Shown here piece after piece: positions 35,694 to 46,429 of a stretch of DNA of 64,000 nt. The notes under the pieces are model-generated. The model had not been told where the DNA came from. It worked only from the letters and a program-made list of their open reading frames with translations, and searched no databases. The stretch is taken from positions 94,433 through 158,432 of the forward strand of contig CAVWJB010000005.1 in NCBI GenBank assembly GCA_963755285.1, in the 5' to 3' direction. Numbering within the stretch: the first letter of the stretch is position 1; every line of letters starts with the position of its first letter. The position numbers and the translations under genes were made by a program. This stretch comes from an uncultured Chloroflexia bacterium. Its GTDB lineage: Bacteria > Chloroflexota > Limnocylindria > Limnocylindrales > CSP1-4.

Positions 35694-37261
35694 GATGCGC
35701 CCCGCCCCGAAAGGACGGCGGGGACGGTCCGGACCAGAATCTGAAGATCGAGCCCCAAGGACCAGCGCTCGATGTACTCGAGATCGAGACGGAGCCAATC
35801 CTCGAAATCGGTGATCTGGTTTCGACCGGCGACTTGCCAAAGACAGGTGATCCCGGGCTTCACGGCAAGCTTGGCCCGCTGTCGCTCCGAGAATCGGGCG
35901 AATTCGCTCTGGAGCGGCGGACGCGGACCGACCAGGCTCATGTCGCCGACGAGCACGCTCCAGAGCTGGGGCAACTCATCGAGGCTGTAGCGTCGCAGGA
36001 TCCGTCCGACGCGCGTGATCCGAGGATCGCCGCGCATCTTGAAGACGGGGCCTGACATCTCGTTGGCCCCTTCGAGCGCCGCCTTGAGCTCATCGGCATT
36101 GGTCACCATGCTCCGGAACTTGAAGCCGGTGAACGGCCGCCCAGCGCGTCCCACGACACGCCACCGGTAGAGCACCGGTCCCCCGTCACCAAGCTTGATG
36201 GCCAGTGCGATCGCTGCGAGCAACGGGCTCAGGACCACGAGCAGGGTCGCGGAGACGACGACATCGAGGATGCGCTTGGCGGCTCGTTCGGCCGGCGAAC
36301 GGCGAGATCGTGACGATACCGTCTCGCGGGGCGGGTACGGGTCCGCCGTCGTCATCTCCTTCGACTCGAGGCGCTTCGACCGGCCCGCGCTGGTCGCGCT
36401 GGTCGCGAGGACCCGGACGATCCCGGCCGCCAATCCCGCTGCGATGCCCGCATACACAGCGGCATTCACCAGCATCGGATAGCGCGGCGCGATGTTCTTC
36501 CGGTGGTAGAGCACGAGCGAGCGATGGAACTGCCAGACGGTCCGGAGCGGCCGCTGCCCGGTGCTGGTCCCCTTGTGATGCTCGACGACGACGCCAGGGT
36601 GATAGACCACTCGCCAATCCGCCTGCCGAGCGCGCCAGCAGAGATCCTCGTCCTCGCAGTACAGGAAGAACCGCTCGTCAAACCCTCCGATCTGCTCGAT
36701 CACGCGGTGCGGCATCAGCATGAACGCGCCGACCACCGAATCGACGTCTGCCAACTCGTGCTCGTCGAGGTAGGACAGGTAATAGCGGCCAAAGCGCCGG
36801 TGGCGCGGAAACGCCCGGCTGAGCCCCACGGACTTGTAGAAGTACGTCGCGGGGGTCTTGAACGAGCGTCGAGCGGGCGGATCCAGCCGTCCGTCGGGAA
36901 GCAGGATCCGGGCGCCAAGGATGCCCACGTCGGGGTTCGCTCGAAGGTGGGCCAGACCGGTCGAGATGGCGTCCGGGGCGACCAGAGCATCGGGGTTCAG
37001 GAAGAGGATGAACTGACCCCGAGCGACCCGGAGCGCCTGGTTGTTTGCCGCCCCGTAGCCGACGTTGCGAACGTTGCTGATCAGCCGGGTTCCCGGGAAG
37101 ACCTCCGTCGCGGTCGCGCTGCCGTCCTTCGATGCGTTGTCGACGACGAAGACCTCCGTGTCGGGCGGCACGGCCGCGACCAACCGCGAGAGGCACTCGC
37201 GCAGCAGCGGACCACCGTTGTAGTTGACGATGACGACCGAGAGCGACGGTCGGGCGGTCAT
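35690..37261 (-). CDS. bifunctional protein: N-terminal GT2 glycosyltransferase fused to a C-terminal PglC/WecA-type small phosphoglycosyl transferase (Bac_transf domain)
   Basis: 523 aa. Residues 1-about 290: SVVIVNYNGG...VDNASKDGS...DEDLCWR (GT-A). Residues about 330-523: ILDVVVSATLLVVLSPLLAAIALAIKL...FKFRSM...DPRITRVGRILRRYSLDELPQLWSVLVGDMSLVGPRP...PGITCLWQVAGR. Start overlaps the upstream stop (ATGA). Confidence 0.75.
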   Translation of the reverse strand: MTARPSLSVVIVNYNGGPLLRECLSRLVAAVPPDTEVFVVDNASKDGSATATEVFPGTRLISNVRNVGYGAANNQALRVARGQFILFLNPDALVAPDAISTGLAHLRANPDVGILGARILLPDGRLDPPARRSFKTPATYFYKSVGLSRAFPRHRRFGRYYLSYLDEHELADVDSVVGAFMLMPHRVIEQIGGFDERFFLYCEDEDLCWRARQADWRVVYHPGVVVEHHKGTSTGQRPLRTVWQFHRSLVLYHRKNIAPRYPMLVNAAVYAGIAAGLAAGIVRVLATSATSAGRSKRLESKEMTTADPYPPRETVSSRSRRSPAERAAKRILDVVVSATLLVVLSPLLAAIALAIKLGDGGPVLYRWRVVGRAGRPFTGFKFRSMVTNADELKAALEGANEMSGPVFKMRGDPRITRVGRILRRYSLDELPQLWSVLVGDMSLVGPRPPLQSEFARFSERQRAKLAVKPGITCLWQVAGRNQITDFEDWLRLDLEYIERWSLGLDLQILVRTVPAVLSGRGAS

Positions 37262-38472
37262 GCGGCCCGCTCCGCAAGGACCGAGTCGTACAAGGCCTCG
37301 ATCCGGAGGGCATACGCCCCAACCTCGAAGTCCTCGATCGCGCGGATCCGACCCGCGGCTCCCATGCTCCTTGCGCGCGAAGGATCGGCCAGGATCCGCA
37401 GCACGGCGGCCGCCGCCGCCTTCCAGTCGCCGGGCGGGACCAGCTCGCCGGTGAGCCCGTCAACCACGACCTCGCTGATCCCGCCGATGCGAGACGCCAC
37501 GACCGGACGGGCCGTGGCCATCGCCTCGACGAGTACGAGCCCGAACGGTTCGGGACCGGTCGGTGGATGCAGGAGGACATCGATGGCCGCCATGACTTCG
37601 GCGATTTCACCCAAGGTGTATCGCCAGCCGGTGAACAGGATCCGCCCGTCGAGTCCGACATTCGAGGCAAGGTCGCGGACGCCCTGAGCGTAATCCTCGT
37701 ATCCGTGCAGCTCCCCGCCGCAAACGATGAACCGGACATCCGGCCGCTCCAGTGCGATCTCGGCCGCCGCCCGAACGAAGACGTCGGCACCCTTCCACGG
37801 ATCAAGTCGGGCGACGAAGCCCACGACTGGAGTCTCGGGGTCGATCCCCAGCTCGGTCCGGATCCTCGCCCCACTGATCGATGGATGAAACTCTTCCACA
37901 TCGATTCCGTCCGGAATTGGCACGATCGAGGGGCCCAGCCGGTCCCTCGGCCCGAACAGCTCGGCGACCGCGAACGTCATCGGCACCACGCGGCGCGCGC
38001 TAAGGCGCACGACGGATGCCAGAGCGCGGCGCATTGGCTTTGGACCGCTCGGGATCTCCCGGATGTGCCAGACATGAGGGCGCCCGACGAGCAACGACGC
38101 CCACATCCCGTAGAGGGAGTAGAGCGAGTTGGAATGGACCAGTTGGGCACGCTCCCGGCGGATCAACCGAGCGAGCCGAATCACTGCGGGCCAGAATGCC
38201 AGGCAGAAGCGCAACTGGTAGGCCGGGTCCCTGATCGGCCTCAGCTGCAGCATCGGCACGAACCGGACCGGGATCTTGGCGGCTCGAAGGCTGGCCACGA
38301 GTGGGCCGTCTCCCGGGAGGACGACGACGGGCCGGTAGCGTGTGCGGTCGAGGGCTGCCACCAGCCGAAAGAGGGCGATGTCCGAGCCGCCGACCTCCGA
38401 GCTCGGCTGGACATAGACAACCGTAGCCGGGGCACCAGCACGTACCGGATCAGCCGAAGCGGCGACCGTCAC
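37258..38472 (-). CDS. GT4-family glycosyltransferase
   Basis: 404 aa from GTG 38472, which overlaps the acetyltransferase stop (GTGA). C-terminal EPFGLVLVEAMATARPVVASRIGGISEVV motif. Confidence 0.75.
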   Translation of the reverse strand: MTVAASADPVRAGAPATVVYVQPSSEVGGSDIALFRLVAALDRTRYRPVVVLPGDGPLVASLRAAKIPVRFVPMLQLRPIRDPAYQLRFCLAFWPAVIRLARLIRRERAQLVHSNSLYSLYGMWASLLVGRPHVWHIREIPSGPKPMRRALASVVRLSARRVVPMTFAVAELFGPRDRLGPSIVPIPDGIDVEEFHPSISGARIRTELGIDPETPVVGFVARLDPWKGADVFVRAAAEIALERPDVRFIVCGGELHGYEDYAQGVRDLASNVGLDGRILFTGWRYTLGEIAEVMAAIDVLLHPPTGPEPFGLVLVEAMATARPVVASRIGGISEVVVDGLTGELVPPGDWKAAAAAVLRILADPSRARSMGAAGRIRAIEDFEVGAYALRIEALYDSVLAERAA

Positions 38473-39209
38473 GAGGCCGACCGTGCGCGGATGAACCGGG
38501 CAGGATTCCCGGCCACGACGGTCCCCGGGGCCACGTCGTGAGTGACCACGGAGCCCGCGCCGACGACGGATCCCGCGCCGATCTGGATCCCGTCGAGCAC
38601 GATCACCGAGTTGCCGAGCCAGCAATCGTCCTCGACTCGGATCCCGCGCCGGCTGACGCCCTGTTCGTTGATCGGACGGGCGGCATCCGCGAACGCATGG
38701 TCCTCTGCCAGGAGCTGAACGAACGCGCCCATCGTCACGTTCCGGCCGACGTCGATCCCACCCCCGGCGCCGAGGATCGCGTGCGGGCCGATGTACGTGT
38801 CATTCCCCACGCTGAGGCCGACACCAGGATCGGTCAGCTGGCTCGTCACCTGGATCCAGGCGAACTCGCGCACTCGCACGTTGTCGCCAAGGACGACGCC
38901 CCGCTGCCCGTAGCAGTTCATGAAGACGTAGTCACCGATGGCGACGTTCCGGCCAACCCGAAGCCGGTCCGGAAAGAGGATGTTGGTCTGGCGACCGACG
39001 AACAACCGGCCGGTGCATTGACCCAGGCGCGGCCGAAGAAGCAACCCTCGGAGGTACGGCCAGAAGCCCTTCCGATAGCCGTAGTAGACGACGTCGCCGA
39101 GACCCGGACGACCACCCTCAGCCGAGATGGAGGCAACGCGCCGTGGGTCGATCCCCAGCAGCCGAACGTAGAGCCTCGTGGCGAGCGACGGACGAGCCCC
39201 GCCGGCCAT
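38469..39209 (-). CDS. hexapeptide-repeat (left-handed beta-helix) sugar O-acetyltransferase
   Basis: 246 aa; repeated [LIV]G-x-x-x-x-I hexapeptides (VGRNVAIGDYVFM, IGPHAILGAGGGIDVGRNVTMGA, IGAGSVVGAGSVV). Confidence 0.75.
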   Translation of the reverse strand: MAGGARPSLATRLYVRLLGIDPRRVASISAEGGRPGLGDVVYYGYRKGFWPYLRGLLLRPRLGQCTGRLFVGRQTNILFPDRLRVGRNVAIGDYVFMNCYGQRGVVLGDNVRVREFAWIQVTSQLTDPGVGLSVGNDTYIGPHAILGAGGGIDVGRNVTMGAFVQLLAEDHAFADAARPINEQGVSRRGIRVEDDCWLGNSVIVLDGIQIGAGSVVGAGSVVTHDVAPGTVVAGNPARFIRARSAS

Positions 39210-39211
39210 GA

Positions 39212-40342
39212 TCAGTGGGTCTCCTCGTACACGTCGCGGTAGACCGCGAGGGTTTCGCGCGCGGTCCTCTCCCAGCTGAATGTCGCGGCGCGAGCCAGCC
39301 CGCGAGCCCGAAGATCGTCCCGAAGTCCCTGGTCCTCGATGGCTCGGACAATCGCTGCCGCGAGCACCGACGCGTTCGTTGGATCGTCGACGATGATGCC
39401 TGCGTCACCCACGACCTCGGGGAGGGAGCCACGGTTCGAGGCGACGACCGGTGTGCCGCAGGCCATCGCCTCGAGCACGGGCAGGCCAAAGCCCTCATGG
39501 AGGGACGGCATGACGACGAGGTCGGCCTCGCGATAGATGCCAGGCAATGTGGCGTCTGAAACGTGCCCGAGGTGTCGAACGTGGTCCTCGAGCCGGAGCG
39601 TGCTGATCAGCGCCAGCTGCCCGGGAGTGAATGGACTACCTACCTTGATGAGCTCGACCCGTTCCCCGGCCTCGCGGATCACAAGCGGCAGAGCTCGAAG
39701 GAGCCCTTCGACGTTCTTGTACGGCCCGCAATGACCGACATGGAGGATCCTCACGGTCGGTTTCCGATCGCTCCATTCAGCTCGTTCCTCGCCACTGTCT
39801 TCGCTGGGCGCGAAGCGAGGCGAGACGCCCAGCAGAGTGACCCGAACCCGCTGAGGGTCGATCCCGGTGAACCGGAGCAGGTCCTCGCGCGAACGCTCCG
39901 AGTTGGTCAGGATCCGGGCACACTTCGTGAGCGCTACGAGGTCGATTCGGTGGGCAAGGATCGACATGTGCGGATAGGGTTCGACCGGTAGCTCCCGTGC
40001 CCGAAACTTGAGCAGCATCGCGTCATGGAAGGTAGCGACCGTCCGGTGACGATCGAGGCTGAAGCCCAGATGGCCATAGCCATGATCGACGAGGTGATAG
40101 ACGTCGGCGAGGCGAGAACGAGCCTGCCACTGGTACACGAGGTATCGGTCGAGATAGCCGCCAACTTTCGCCGCAGGCGCAACGACGCCGAGTCGGCGGC
40201 GGAGGCGACCCTTGGGCCGGAAGTGGCGGAGCTCGAGGTCGGCTGGCGCGAGCGCCGACAGCGCCGCAGCCAGCTCGCGGGCGTAGACCTCGGAGCTCGT
40301 GCGACCCTCCTCAGGGATCGTGTGGAACAGGCCGACCCTCAT
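39212..40342 (-). CDS. GT4-family glycosyltransferase
   Basis: 376 aa; ...EGFGLPVLEAMACGTPVVASNRGSLPEVVGDAG... Confidence 0.75.
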   Translation of the reverse strand: MRVGLFHTIPEEGRTSSEVYARELAAALSALAPADLELRHFRPKGRLRRRLGVVAPAAKVGGYLDRYLVYQWQARSRLADVYHLVDHGYGHLGFSLDRHRTVATFHDAMLLKFRARELPVEPYPHMSILAHRIDLVALTKCARILTNSERSREDLLRFTGIDPQRVRVTLLGVSPRFAPSEDSGEERAEWSDRKPTVRILHVGHCGPYKNVEGLLRALPLVIREAGERVELIKVGSPFTPGQLALISTLRLEDHVRHLGHVSDATLPGIYREADLVVMPSLHEGFGLPVLEAMACGTPVVASNRGSLPEVVGDAGIIVDDPTNASVLAAAIVRAIEDQGLRDDLRARGLARAATFSWERTARETLAVYRDVYEETH

Positions 40343-40361
40343 GGCTCGACCGGGATCGCGC

Positions 40362-41574
40362 TCAGCTCGGTGAAGGAGCCCTCTGGGTCAATCGACCGCA
40401 GGATTCCCTCCACGACGCGCTCTCGGGTGAACCAAGGGATGAGCGCCTCGCACCTTCGGACAGATGCCAGCGCAGGTCCGGTTCGTCCACGAGAGTCTGG
40501 ACCCGCGCGGCGATGCTTGAAGCTGTCGGCTCGACAAAGAATCCGTTCTCGCCATCGACGACGAGCTCGTCCGTCCCGTTGATCCTGGTGACGATCAAGG
40601 GCAGCCCCGCACCCGCGGCCTCGAGGCTCACCAGCGAGAAGGCTTCGTAGGCCGAGGGGTAGACGAAGCAGTCGGCCGCCGCGTAGTAGCCCTCGATGTC
40701 GCGACGATAGCCCGCGAAGACGACGCGATCGCCGATGCCGAGTGCGCGCGATCGCTCGAGGTAGTAGTCGATGTCTTCCTGGCCAACGACGAGGAGCCTG
40801 ACCATGGGGTTCGGCACGAGGGCCAGGGCATCCAGCACGACCTGCAGGCCCTTGCGCTTGAAGTCACCAGCCGCTACGAAGAGGAGGACCAGCGCATCCT
40901 CCGGAATTCCGTGCCGAGTCCGGATTTCACGGCCTCGACGAGCACGCTCGGACGGCGATAGCCGGACACGCTCATCGACCATGTTCGGGACGACATCGAT
41001 CCGATCCTCGCGGACGCCGTAGTAGCGGACCAGCTCACGCTTGGTTCCCGTCGACACCGCAACGACCCGCCGTAGCCCACGCCGTCGATACATTCCGCGC
41101 TCGACCCGGCTGGCGAGTCCAAGGAAGAGCCGGTAGTGCGCATTGCGCAAGCGCTGGCGGACGCTGGTCGAGGGGAGGACGACGCCGCCCTGGCGCAAGC
41201 CGATCCGACCAGGCGGCCGCACAGAAATGGGCGTTCACGACATCCGCGAACAGACAGTCACCGCCGGTCGCCAGGATCACGTCGTACGGGCGGCGACCGG
41301 CGAGCCGATCCACCCAGAACAGGACCGTGTTGGCCAGCAGAAAGCTCACGTAGCGCGCCAGCCTGGGTCGCATGATCATCGGGACACGGCGTCTCACGAG
41401 CGGCGCATCGTCGATGTCCGCGATTTCCCCGGCGATGACCGTCACGTCCACGTGAGCTGCAAGGCCCTCCGCGAGCCAGGAGAGGCACTTCTCGGTGCCG
41501 CCACGCCGACTGAGGGACGGCGTCACGATCGCCACCTTGGGGCGACCCCCGGTTGCTGCACGCGGCGGAGCCAT
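40362..41574 (-). pseudogene. GT4-family glycosyltransferase with a +1 frameshift near 41190-41225
   Basis: N-terminal frame (41574-): Glyco_trans_4-like ...ILATGGDCLFADVVNAHFCAAAW|. C-terminal frame: |...VLPSTSVRQRLRNAHYRLFLGL...EAFSLVSLEAAGAGLPLIVTRINGTDELVVDG... Confidence 0.7.
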
Positions 41575-42742
41575 CTACGAAGGTCTCGCGACGAGCTGCC
41601 GGTAGAGGTTCAGATACGCCGCTCCCATGACATCGAGTGAGAACGTCGAGTCGAAGCTGCGGCGACCACCTGCTGACAGCTCCCGCCTCAGCTCAGGGCG
41701 TCGGACCATCTCGGTCATAAGGGCCGTGAGCTCCGAGCACGTTCCCGCGCTCGAAGACCAACCCGCCCGTCCGCGTCACCTCACCGAGGCCGCCGGCATC
41801 CGCGGCGATAACAGGCGTCCCCACCGAGAACGCCTCGGGGACGACGATCGGGCCTGTCTCATCCGAGAGCGAGGGCACCACGAGGGCCAGCGCGCCGGAC
41901 ATGAGCCTCCGGACCTCGGCCGGCGACCGGGTCCCGATGAACGAGACGCGATCGACGAGATCGAGCTCGGCAACCAGCGCTCTCAGGTCCCGTTCTTCCG
42001 GTCCCGAGCCGCAGATGACCAAGAGCTGATCCTTATCCTCCACAGCCAGGCGACGAAACGCCCGGAGCAAGACGTCGATGCCCTTGCCAGGGACGAGGCG
42101 GCCCACGAACAGGAAGTCCCGCGGGTCTTGGTGTTCGGTCAGGTCCTCGTCCGAGCGATCCGTCGGCTCGATGCCGTTCGGGATCCGGAGGACCCGCTGC
42201 ACCCTGAGGCGTCGGATCGCAAAGTCGCTCATCACGACGTTCGCGTCCGCCTGCCGAGTCGCGAGCCGGCGAGCCAGGAAGGCGACGATCGGTCGCATCA
42301 CCCCACGGAGGCCTCGTTCCTCCGTCAGGTGACGTCCGCAGAGCTCTGGATCGAAGGCACATGCTCGCCCTCGCCACCACGCGGTCCCGATCGGGCAGAT
42401 CGCGTGGAAATCATGATGGACGTCGATCGTTGGCTTGCCGAGCGCTCGGGCGAGGGTGAACAGAAACGGGTTGAGCGAGTTGAACTGGATCACGTCAGAT
42501 CCTCGGAAGATTCGAAGCAGCTCCAAGGGTGTCGGGCGACGGTGGATCTCGTAGGCACCGTCCCCGAGGTTGCCGGGCGTCGCCGTGACCACGCGAACCC
42601 GATGACCGCGCACCGCGAGATAGCGCGCGAGCCCGTCGGTGTATGTCTCGACGCCACCCGTACTAGGGCGGGCAAAGTGCGATACGAGGCAGATCCTCAA
42701 CGGTCCAGCCGCCCGCTCGACTGGGGCCCCGACAGGCGTCAT
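41575..42742 (-). pseudogene. GT4-family glycosyltransferase with a frameshift near 41745
   Basis: Main frame from ATG 42742 (MTPVGAPVERAAGPLRICLVSHF...) ends GLVFERGNV|LGAHGPYDRDGPTP*. The +1 frame continues |(S)ELTALMTEMVRRPELRRELSAGGRRSFDSTFSLDVMGAAYLNLYRQLVARPS* to TAG 41577-41575. Confidence 0.7.
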
Positions 42743-44132
42743 CTCGGATCCTCGGCCGTTTGCTGGATCGCAGCGCCCTGGTCGGCAGCCTCTCCGGCAC
42801 CGGCTCCCACCCCTTGTCCCGCGAGCATGCCTGCGAGGACCCAGAACAGGATGTTCGTCGGCGGATAGTTGATGGGCGTGAAGATCACGGCCTCGACGAG
42901 GAGATAGGCGAACAGGCCGGACGCGATCCATCGACGCTGGTCGGGAGCGATCGCACTCCGCCCCAGGCAGCTCGAAATACCGCTGCGTAGAGCCACACGT
43001 AGACGAGCAGGCCCCAGATCCCGAACATGTAGTAGGGCGAGTACCAGGCGCTCTCGAAGGCGTTGGGCACCTCGCCGGTGACGTAGCGTGCGGCCCCGAG
43101 CGCCGTACCCGTGCCGTGGCCGATGAGGATGTCGCCGATCGACGTATTCGCGGCGAAGCCCGCGAGGACCGGACCAAGTCGGTTGGCAAACGGGTCAACG
43201 CCACTCGTCAGGCCAGGCAGCCGGTTTTCGAGGACCGGGGCCCCGACGGTTGCCACGAGCGCGATCGCGATCAGGACGACCGGCGCCGCGCGGCCGGCTC
43301 CCCGAAGCTGTCGATTGAGCAGATAGATCAGGACGATCGCAACCGGCATCAGGACCCAGGTCGTCCGTTGCGCCTGGAGGACGATCGCGATCCCCGCGAG
43401 CGCGAAGGCGACGGTCAGAGCAACACGTCCGGGAATGGTCGACGGCGCATGGAGGGCCGCGAAGCCGACGACTCCGAGGAACAGCAGGTATGAGCCGAAG
43501 TGCCCGACGAACGCGAATGTTGACGCCGGCCGGAAGATCACGTCCGACGTCGCTTCGGGGCCCACGATCCAGATCGATCGCGCAAAGCCGGGACCCAGCG
43601 CTGCGACGGCATCGGGTCCGGCGAGGTATTCCGCGATCCCGAAGACGGTGATTGGGATCGAGGCGAGGATGAGGAAGACCGCCAGCCGATCCGTCTCCAG
43701 GCCGGACCTGACGAGGTGGAAGCCCAGGACGAAGAGCGGGATGTAGAACACGAGGACCCGGAAGCCGACCAGGGCGACCAGTGGGTCGTAGCCCCGCGGA
43801 TTGAACGCCTCGACGACGCACAGGGCCACCAGGGCGACATACGGATACGCCACCCACTTGGGAACCATCCATCGCTCCTGCCGGACGAGAAGCGATGTCC
43901 CGAACCCCACGTAGGCGCCGGCGATCAGGCCGTCCTTGAGCAGGACGGGGTACGTCTCCGGGTAGAGCAGGTTGCCGACCAGCCCCTCGACGGTCACGTA
44001 GACGAGCACGGCGAGGATCCCCCACCGCCAGCGCAGCGTCACGGCGAACGCGATCCCCGCACCGATCAGCACGGTCGCCCGCGCGAAGTCCCACCCGAGC
44101 GAGGCCGTGGCGGCGAAGAACCCGCCGAGCAC
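42739..44132 (-). pseudogene. O-antigen ligase / Wzy-type polymerase family membrane protein with a frameshift at the CCCC (minus GGGG) run 42961-42964
   Basis: Twelve-TM Wzy_C-like protein. The frame leaves after ...WLYAAVFRAAWG and the real C-terminus ...RSAIAPDQRRWIASGLFAYLLVEAVIFTPINYPP... is in the next frame. Adding one G to the run joins them exactly (AAWGRSAIAPDQRRW). Confidence 0.6.
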
Positions 44133-44213
44133 GACGACGACGGCCAGGAGCGCCAGCGACCTGGGTCCGAAGGTCGAGGTTCGCCAATCGTGTCGTCGAG
44201 GTCGCCTGCATGG

Positions 44214-45179
44214 TCATGCCTCGACGCGCACCGAGGCATCGCGCGGCGAGCCCAGGTACGCGCGCAGTCCGGCGATCTTGCCCGAGAAGTGGACGCCGAC
44301 CGACGCCCAGGACCAACCGTCTCTGAGGATCAGGAGCGGCACGCGTGCCACCCCAACGGAGTTCCGGTCGCCGATCAGGGTCGTGTACAGGACGAAGGCG
44401 ATCTTGCGGGTCAGGGACAGCCGCTTCAGCAGCACGTAGGTCTGGTTCCGATTGACCGTCCAGGCGATCGGCGATGAGGCGCTGTAGTCGGTCGTTGGGT
44501 AGTGGTCCACCACAATCGCCGGGTCGAAGATCACCCGCTGGCCGAGTCCACGAATGTGGAGCCCCAGATCGATCTCAAAGCCGTAGGGAACGGGCCCAGC
44601 CAGGCGATCATCGATCTTCGGGAGCAACGAGCGGCGGAAGCTCATGTTGACGCCCTTCAGGAAGTCGACGTCACGCGCTCCGACCGCCGGGCGGTGATGG
44701 TTGCCGACCAGCCTTCCCCACCATCGGACACGACCGACGTCCCGGACCGTGTGCTCGGGTACGGGGTCGCCCCTCCGGATCACGTCGCGTCCGCCAACGG
44801 CGCCGACGGACGGATCGACGTACCAGTGGGCGATGCGCTCGAGCCAGTCCGGTCTGGCTACCGCGTCGTCGTCCATGAATCCGACGATGCCGGCGCTGGC
44901 GACCGCCAGCCCAGCATTCTCCTTGGCCACGACCGTGTTGTCGGCGGTGACGACCAATCGCAGGCCGGTCTGGCTCGCCGCCCAGGTCGACCCGAGCTGG
45001 AGCCGGCGGACGGTCTCGAGCGTCGGCCCGTCCTCGGCCCACGCGGCCACGATCAACTCGGCGGGCGGTTGCGTCTGCTGGCCCAGGGATTCGATGGCGC
45101 GGGCGAGCGCCTCGGGTCGGGCGTAGGTTGCCACGATGATCGAAATGGTCGAATCCATGGGCGGTCCGGAGACGCTCAT
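44214..45179 (-). CDS. GT2-family glycosyltransferase
   Basis: 321 aa; ISIIVATYARPEALARAIESL...MDDDAV... (GT-A, DxD). Confidence 0.75.
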   Translation of the reverse strand: MSVSGPPMDSTISIIVATYARPEALARAIESLGQQTQPPAELIVAAWAEDGPTLETVRRLQLGSTWAASQTGLRLVVTADNTVVAKENAGLAVASAGIVGFMDDDAVARPDWLERIAHWYVDPSVGAVGGRDVIRRGDPVPEHTVRDVGRVRWWGRLVGNHHRPAVGARDVDFLKGVNMSFRRSLLPKIDDRLAGPVPYGFEIDLGLHIRGLGQRVIFDPAIVVDHYPTTDYSASSPIAWTVNRNQTYVLLKRLSLTRKIAFVLYTTLIGDRNSVGVARVPLLILRDGWSWASVGVHFSGKIAGLRAYLGSPRDASVRVEA

Positions 45180-46429
45180 CGAGCCACGGCTTTCGGGACG
45201 GCACTCAGTCCGCGCCGGTCGATCGCCTGATGAAAGACGTCGACCAGCGCGTCGGCGTGAACCTGGACCGTGAAGCGGGCCTGCGCGGCCGCCCGGCCGG
45301 CTGATCCGAAACGACGGACCAGCTCAGGATCGCCAACAAGCTGGTCGATCCGGGAAGCCAGCCCGCCGACGTCGCGCGGTTCGACCAGGAACCCGGTGAC
45401 GCCGTCAACGAGCCACTCGGGGATTCCGCCGGATCGGAACGCGACGACCGGAAGCCCGCTGGCCATCGACTCCGGTCCGATCAGTCCCCATGGTTCGGGC
45501 CAGACCGAGGGGACCACCAGGACACTCGCCCGCCGATACAGGGCGTCGACCTCCGCCCGGCCGATGACCCCCACGTACTCCGTCCGGTCGGCGATACCGA
45601 GGGCCGCGGTTAGCCGGCGCATGTTGGCCATGTCGTAGCCGTCACCGGCGACGATCAACCGGGCCGGCTGGCCCACGATCGCCATCGCGCGAAGCAGGTA
45701 CTTCAGACCCTTGTGCGGGGTGATCCGTCCGACGAAGAGCACGATCGGCTCACGCGGCGAGACCTCGTCCTGGAACGTGTCGCGAGGTGCCGGCGATGGC
45801 AGGATCGAGACCGCCTCCTGCGCGACCCCGTTCTCCATCAGGCGCCGCCTGACGTAGTCCGAGTGAACCACGATTCCGTCGACCCGCGCGAGGAGATGCT
45901 TCTGGCTGCGCGCTCGCTGGAACGAGGCGAGGAGCGGACCGGGCCGACGGGTGTTGCACTGCTCCAGATAGGCGTTGGCGAGGCAACGCCAGTTCGGTAC
46001 GCCTTTCAGCTGACAGACGGTGTCGGTCCGCTGGTACAGGAGCGACCCGCTCGGACAGAAGACACCGTAGTTGTGGACGAGGAACACGGAGGGCAGCGTT
46101 CGGACGACGTATGACGCGAGGCCCGGGTTCATCCAGCCATGCAGGAATGCCACGTCGGAAGGACTGGAGGCGATCGCGGCTCGTGCCGCGCCGATCAACG
46201 AACGGCCATGCGCGGCCCCCGTCCGCTCGAGACCGGCAAGCCGGTGCACGACGGTTCCATCGGGCATGGAAGCCGGGAGCCCCGGGCCATCGGCCAGCAC
46301 CACGTTCCGGTGACCACGACGGGCGAGCTCTGCCAACATGCCCGCGAGATACGTCTCCACGCCGCCCACGCTCGTGAGACTCACGACGTGCAGGATGCGC
46401 AACCCGGACTCGATCCCGGTTGACGTCAT
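45176..46429 (-). CDS. GT4-family glycosyltransferase
   Basis: 417 aa; ...EPWGLIGPESMASGLPVVAFRSGGIPEWLVDGVTG...; start overlaps the upstream stop. Confidence 0.75.
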   Translation of the reverse strand: MTSTGIESGLRILHVVSLTSVGGVETYLAGMLAELARRGHRNVVLADGPGLPASMPDGTVVHRLAGLERTGAAHGRSLIGAARAAIASSPSDVAFLHGWMNPGLASYVVRTLPSVFLVHNYGVFCPSGSLLYQRTDTVCQLKGVPNWRCLANAYLEQCNTRRPGPLLASFQRARSQKHLLARVDGIVVHSDYVRRRLMENGVAQEAVSILPSPAPRDTFQDEVSPREPIVLFVGRITPHKGLKYLLRAMAIVGQPARLIVAGDGYDMANMRRLTAALGIADRTEYVGVIGRAEVDALYRRASVLVVPSVWPEPWGLIGPESMASGLPVVAFRSGGIPEWLVDGVTGFLVEPRDVGGLASRIDQLVGDPELVRRFGSAGRAAAQARFTVQVHADALVDVFHQAIDRRGLSAVPKAVAR

